Source of the DNA: Macrostomum hystrix
Taxonomy: Eukaryota > Animalia > Platyhelminthes
Direction of reading: 5' to 3'
DNA: 64,000 bases
Assembly: GCA_950097015.1 (NCBI GenBank)
Contig: CATNEN010000039.1
Coordinates: forward strand, 19,778,001-19,842,000
Every line of letters starts with the position of its first letter. The stretch's first letter is position 1. The notes beneath the pieces were generated by a model. It made no database searches. It was not told the origin of the DNA and saw only the letters and a list, made by a program, of their open reading frames with translations. Both the position numbers and the translations under genes were made by a program. This document shows, one piece after another, positions 59,311 through 64,000 of the stretch.

Positions 59311-60185
59311 GAAATAAGCTAATAAACACAGGAACTCACACATCATCAATGGGAACTGAAGTCTATTGGGAACTTCCGCTTAGCCATTTAGGAGCTGTGA
59401 TGCCTTATCTGTTGAAACTGACGCTCTGTGTTTAGGAACTGACGCTTTACAATGAGTACGGAAGAATCATCGAGGTTTATGCGTCAATTTTTACTTACTT
59501 GTATAACAGACGTATAACATTTGTATACTAGACAAATAATATAATGTTAATTCTATCTATCTTCGTAAATTGCCCGTAAATTTGCTAATTTCCGAGCTAC
59601 ACGCGGTTGGCGTTTTTTTTGTCGTATTCATACCTTTGATTTCGTTTCCACTCTTTCGAAAACATATACACACAGGCTGCTGTAAGCTGTCACGCAACTT
59701 AACAATCGCCTTCAGCCTTATAAATTGAAAAATTTTTATCACGCAACACCTTGTCGGCATGTCCCGCGAGACATCTGAACCCAGCTGCTATAGCTATAAG
59801 ATAATGGTGATAGATTTGCAAGAATGGTCTTTGAAAGAAGCGTCATTGCCATCAGCAATGCATCAGTGAGTCAAAGACGCAGATTAATTGTCCAGCATAA
59901 CAGATGAGATCACCGGAGCTAGCTAATTAGAAGAAGATAATAATAACTTAGTCACGCCTTTGACTAATCAACATTATAGAAAAGCGGTGAAAATCTGTTT
60001 CAAAAAGCTAAAAAGCAACTACATTTTTTACTAAATTTTACTAATATTTTACTAATAAAAGTTAAAAAAGGAATAAAATTTTTTCTGGAGTTGTTGTGCG
60101 ACCAGCTTTTGGAGATGGTGGCCTTTACCTAGCCGATGTTTGTTAGCCGGAGCTTAAACTGACTAGCCGAAGTTTCCTTATCCCG

Positions 60186-60848
60186 GCAAACGCCGGTTAG
60201 ACAAACGTCGGTTAGACAAACGTCGATTGGGCAAACGTCTGTTGGGCAAACGTCTGTTGGTTAAACGTCTGTTGGGCAAACGTCGGTTAGACAAACGTCG
60301 GTTAGACAAACCTCGGTTAGACAAACTTCGGTTAGACAAACGTCGGTTAGACAAACGTCGATTGGGCAAACGTCTGTTGGGCAAACGTCTGTTGGTTAAA
60401 CGTCTGTTGGGCAAACGTCGGTTAGACAAACGTCGGTTAGACAAACCTCGGTTAGACAAACTTCGGTTAGACAACCTCGGTAAGACAAACGTCGGTTGGA
60501 CAAACGTCGATTGGGCAAACGTCTGTTGGGCAAACGTCGGATAGACAAACCTCGGTTAGACAAACGTCGGATAGACAAACCTCGGTTAGACAAACGTCGG
60601 ATAGACAAACATCGGTTAGACAAACGTCAGTTAGACAAACCTCGGTTAGACAAACGTCGATTGGGCAAATGTCTGTTGGGCAAACGTCCGTTATGCAAAC
60701 GTCAATTAGACAAACGTCGGTTAGACAAACGTCGGTTAGACAAACATCGATTGGGCAAACGTCTGTTGGGCAAACGTCCGTTGGGCAAACGACAATCAGG
60801 CAAATGGTGGTTAGGGAACGTCGGTTAGGCCGACGTCGGTTAGGCAAA
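60186..60848. repeat. Minisatellite, 15-bp unit GGTTAGACAAACGTC
   Basis: Tandem array. Confidence 0.95.
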
Positions 60849-63800
60849 CTAGCAAAACTAATGAACAATAATGAGCAGAGGCCGTTATTCTAATGCTTTT
60901 GTAGGAAAAAATAGTTATTATATTTTGACTAGATCTTTCCCATCTTGTGAGGAAATATTTTTGGTATCATGTGATATGATCGAGAACTAAGTAAAACATC
61001 ACGCATGCTTGAAGCCCGTAAATTAAAAATGTAAATATTCTCGTGACCTTAATTCATGCGACAGTTTTGCTTCAATAATTATCCTAGCTGAAATTCTTGC
61101 TTTAAATTTGAGAATTCCAATTTAGCTTTTAGTGGATGAAAACGTGAACCGACAATTTAATCTATCACGACACGTGCGTGCAGTTTTCTTGCACCTATGC
61201 CCTTAAACTCATAAAGGTACTCATACGTATAACTAAGCATTTAAAAATTTGACCTTTGACAAAAATTTGAAAATTCGAAGATCATCAAAAATAATTAAAA
61301 ACTTCTTAAAAGCAATTAATTCGTAATCAAGATTTTTAAAGTAAATTCTACATCGAATTTACCTTAGGACGTCGTGGCTTAAAAAGGACTGCATGCTATC
61401 GGGCACAATTTTTACAATATACTGAGAATTAAACTTTAGTATTAAAAGATTACTAAAGTAGTCTGTATTGTGCTTGATGTGGGTACTTCTGGAGTTTTTG
61501 TATTGGAATTGAATGCAGACGACGCACCACATTACATTGCAGTGTGAACGCTATATATACAAATTGAAGTTTAAACCGAGGCTTCGTATATGTACGTCGT
61601 TTTCAAGGAATCTTTGATTAAAAAACAGAAAAACGACACACATTCTTTAGTGCTAGCTAGCTGCACGCTGTATTTACTATATGTATAGCCGAACAATTCA
61701 AGTTCCCCAATAGTTACACAGTAGAAGAGTTTACGAGCGTGCTCATATATAAGGACGCATTACAAGATGTAGTGTAATACATCATGCGTTGCATATTCGT
61801 TGTGGATTGCAGTCAAATAAATGCTAACGCCGATGCGGCATTGAAGCATTGTGGGGCCCTATTTAATAGTGCAAACTTTAAGGGCACAGGCAGCGCGAGA
61901 GAACGAAGAACAAGAGTGTAAAAGACGTACTACGTTTCGTATGAATGGGCGTATCTGCTTTGGGGAACAGTAAAGGCTGAAGGACTACTAGCCATTTTGG
62001 TCCATAGACTGCAGACAAAAGCGAGACGCGTTTGAGAACCATATAAATATGTGTTAATCGTTGAAGGACCACTGTACCGATGATGTACATATAGCAGAAC
62101 TACTTAATACCAGCGCGCGTGCAGTGGTCCTTATAAACTTCATTAGCTACATGAATAAGTACAAAAACAATATCACAGGTGTGTTAGGGATTCTTGAGAA
62201 GCTTTTATTGCCATCGAGGAGGCAATTTGCTGACCCAGCAGACACCGACTTTTATAGCCACTATTACATACTACTAGTTTCTTGTATCTATATATGCGCA
62301 TAGCTTCAGCCAGAGCACATACACTCACTGTACACCGTGAGCGTTGGCCTCTATGTATGTAAACTCCATTTTGGCCTTTTTTATTGTGGTTACTAACAAC
62401 AATACCAACTAGTTATTGCATTTGCGGCATCGTCGCGGATTTGTGTTTTAAGATCAACAGCTTTGTTATAGCTAGCGCTCCGTTTCTTGGAAGTGATTCA
62501 AGATTCTTGGTAATCTTCAATTCCAGACATGAAATCATACATGAAGGCTGAAATACGACATGCATGTCTAATTTATTTGTCTTGAAAGCCCTGTAAAGCT
62601 TTAAATGATGAAACGTTTTTTGGACGTGCTTTTAGAAGATAAACTACTATATTTATTGTATCGTACTCGTACAATGAGGTAAAGGGCTCTTCTTGAACTT
62701 TAATCCTTATTAAAAGTTCGAGTTTTAGTAGTTTCATAAAACTGTGCTCATATGCTAATGATTTTCAGAGGTGCTAGGTAAAAAATATAACATTTGTTCC
62801 ATATACAACCAGTTTCTATGAAATTGACTTCCCTTTCACAGGATGACCACACTTTTTGGTGCAAGCCATATGTAATGTATAGGCCTAGCTATATTAATTG
62901 TCAATTATTAACTAATAATAATATTATGTAGTTAGTGAGTAGGCCTAACAATCTTCGTAACTTCTAAATATATATTTCTTATTGAACTGAAGTTTTATCA
63001 AGGAGTCACAAACTGAACATAATGTATTATTATTTAGGCCTAATTTAATTCGTAGCACTATTAATTGATTAAAAACAAAGAATAGAGCCTACACAATTTT
63101 TTTCTCTACTAAACACAATATTAATACGCCACATATACATTTGAACTGCTCTAGTGAAAAAGTCAGTGAATTGTTTGTTAGTAGGTGTATCTACAGGTAG
63201 GTGTATATTTTACTAAATATTTTGGTGCACACAGCAGATTTTTTAGCCCACATGGCAAAATTAGTGTATACAAAACCATTTAGCCACCTACATGGTATAA
63301 TTTGGTGCATATGACACATCTCAAATTTCTGTGTTTAATTTTTAAGTTTAATTTTTTAAGATATTGAATATTTTATGAGAACCTTACAATTATCTACACA
63401 TGTACCTTCAACAAAAAATACAATAAGATAACTAGGCCTACTGTCATTGCACAAAGATTCACATTTTCACATTTTGTAATAATGTGATTACATCTTACTA
63501 TATCACTATATTGAAGTACACTTTTTTGACAAATAACAAACAATTTAACAAATTATAATGTTTCTTACATGTAATTTTTGCTGCACACATTCTCTTTAGC
63601 ATCATTTTTGTATGGTGCATAGCAAAAAATCCAAAGAGTTTTGTTTTGTTTGCATATACTTCCTGACTATGATCAGCAAGCTATAAATTTTTCATTTCTG
63701 ATTAATGCTTGGGTTTAGCCTCTGAATCAGATTGCTTCTCTGAGCATGAAACACAAAATAAAAAAGAAAGAAAAATTCAAAAAAGAATTAAAAAAAAAAC

Positions 63801-64000
63801 AAAGTATTGGAAAGAATTAAGCAAAAATGTATTTTAACAGGTAGCTTATTATAACTATAAGAGTATATTTTTCGAAATTGAATTGACAAATAATTATTAT
63901 TTATTGCTTTTAAATCAAATGGCTGTTATAGAATTGGGTCAAAACTAAAAGCACCAAACATTATTAAAAAAGAAACAAGTTAGTTGTGTTATCACACATT

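Noticed and set aside
58459-59349. Long ORFs in four frames (VHEASVP, GTDASCT, etc.)
   Set aside because: By-product of a stop-poor 21-bp minisatellite; no splice or homology support.

Overview
Animal genomic DNA (AT-rich, invertebrate-like, probably a spiralian, which is inference). About 45 kb of the minus strand carries one multi-exon gene for a high-voltage-activated Cav2 calcium channel alpha1 subunit (cacophony/UNC-2/CACNA1A-B-E family). I reconstructed its exons by hand from 45229 down to 1394 and all splice phases are consistent. The protein has an EEEE selectivity filter, AID, EF-hand and IQ-like motif, and the distal C-terminus runs off the left edge of the window. The striking feature is the splicing architecture. 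There are four tandemly duplicated, apparently mutually exclusive exon pairs (IS4 voltage sensor, IIS3-S4, domain II pore loop/S6, IVS1-S2), a 30-nt microexon in IIIS3-S4, one GC-AG donor, and minor-spliceosome (U12) introns. Both domain II pore exons have U2-type acceptors but U12 donors, which would physically prevent their joint inclusion. One of these pore exons carries unusual substitutions (TSEDW, FGKY). Both U12 acceptors have unusually distant branch points. The introns and the upstream ~19 kb contain many minisatellites, a tRNA-derived SINE family, a foldback/MITE family, a hAT-like TIR element and an internally deleted Tc1 (DD34E) transposon. No coding gene is evident from 46.7 to 64 kb.
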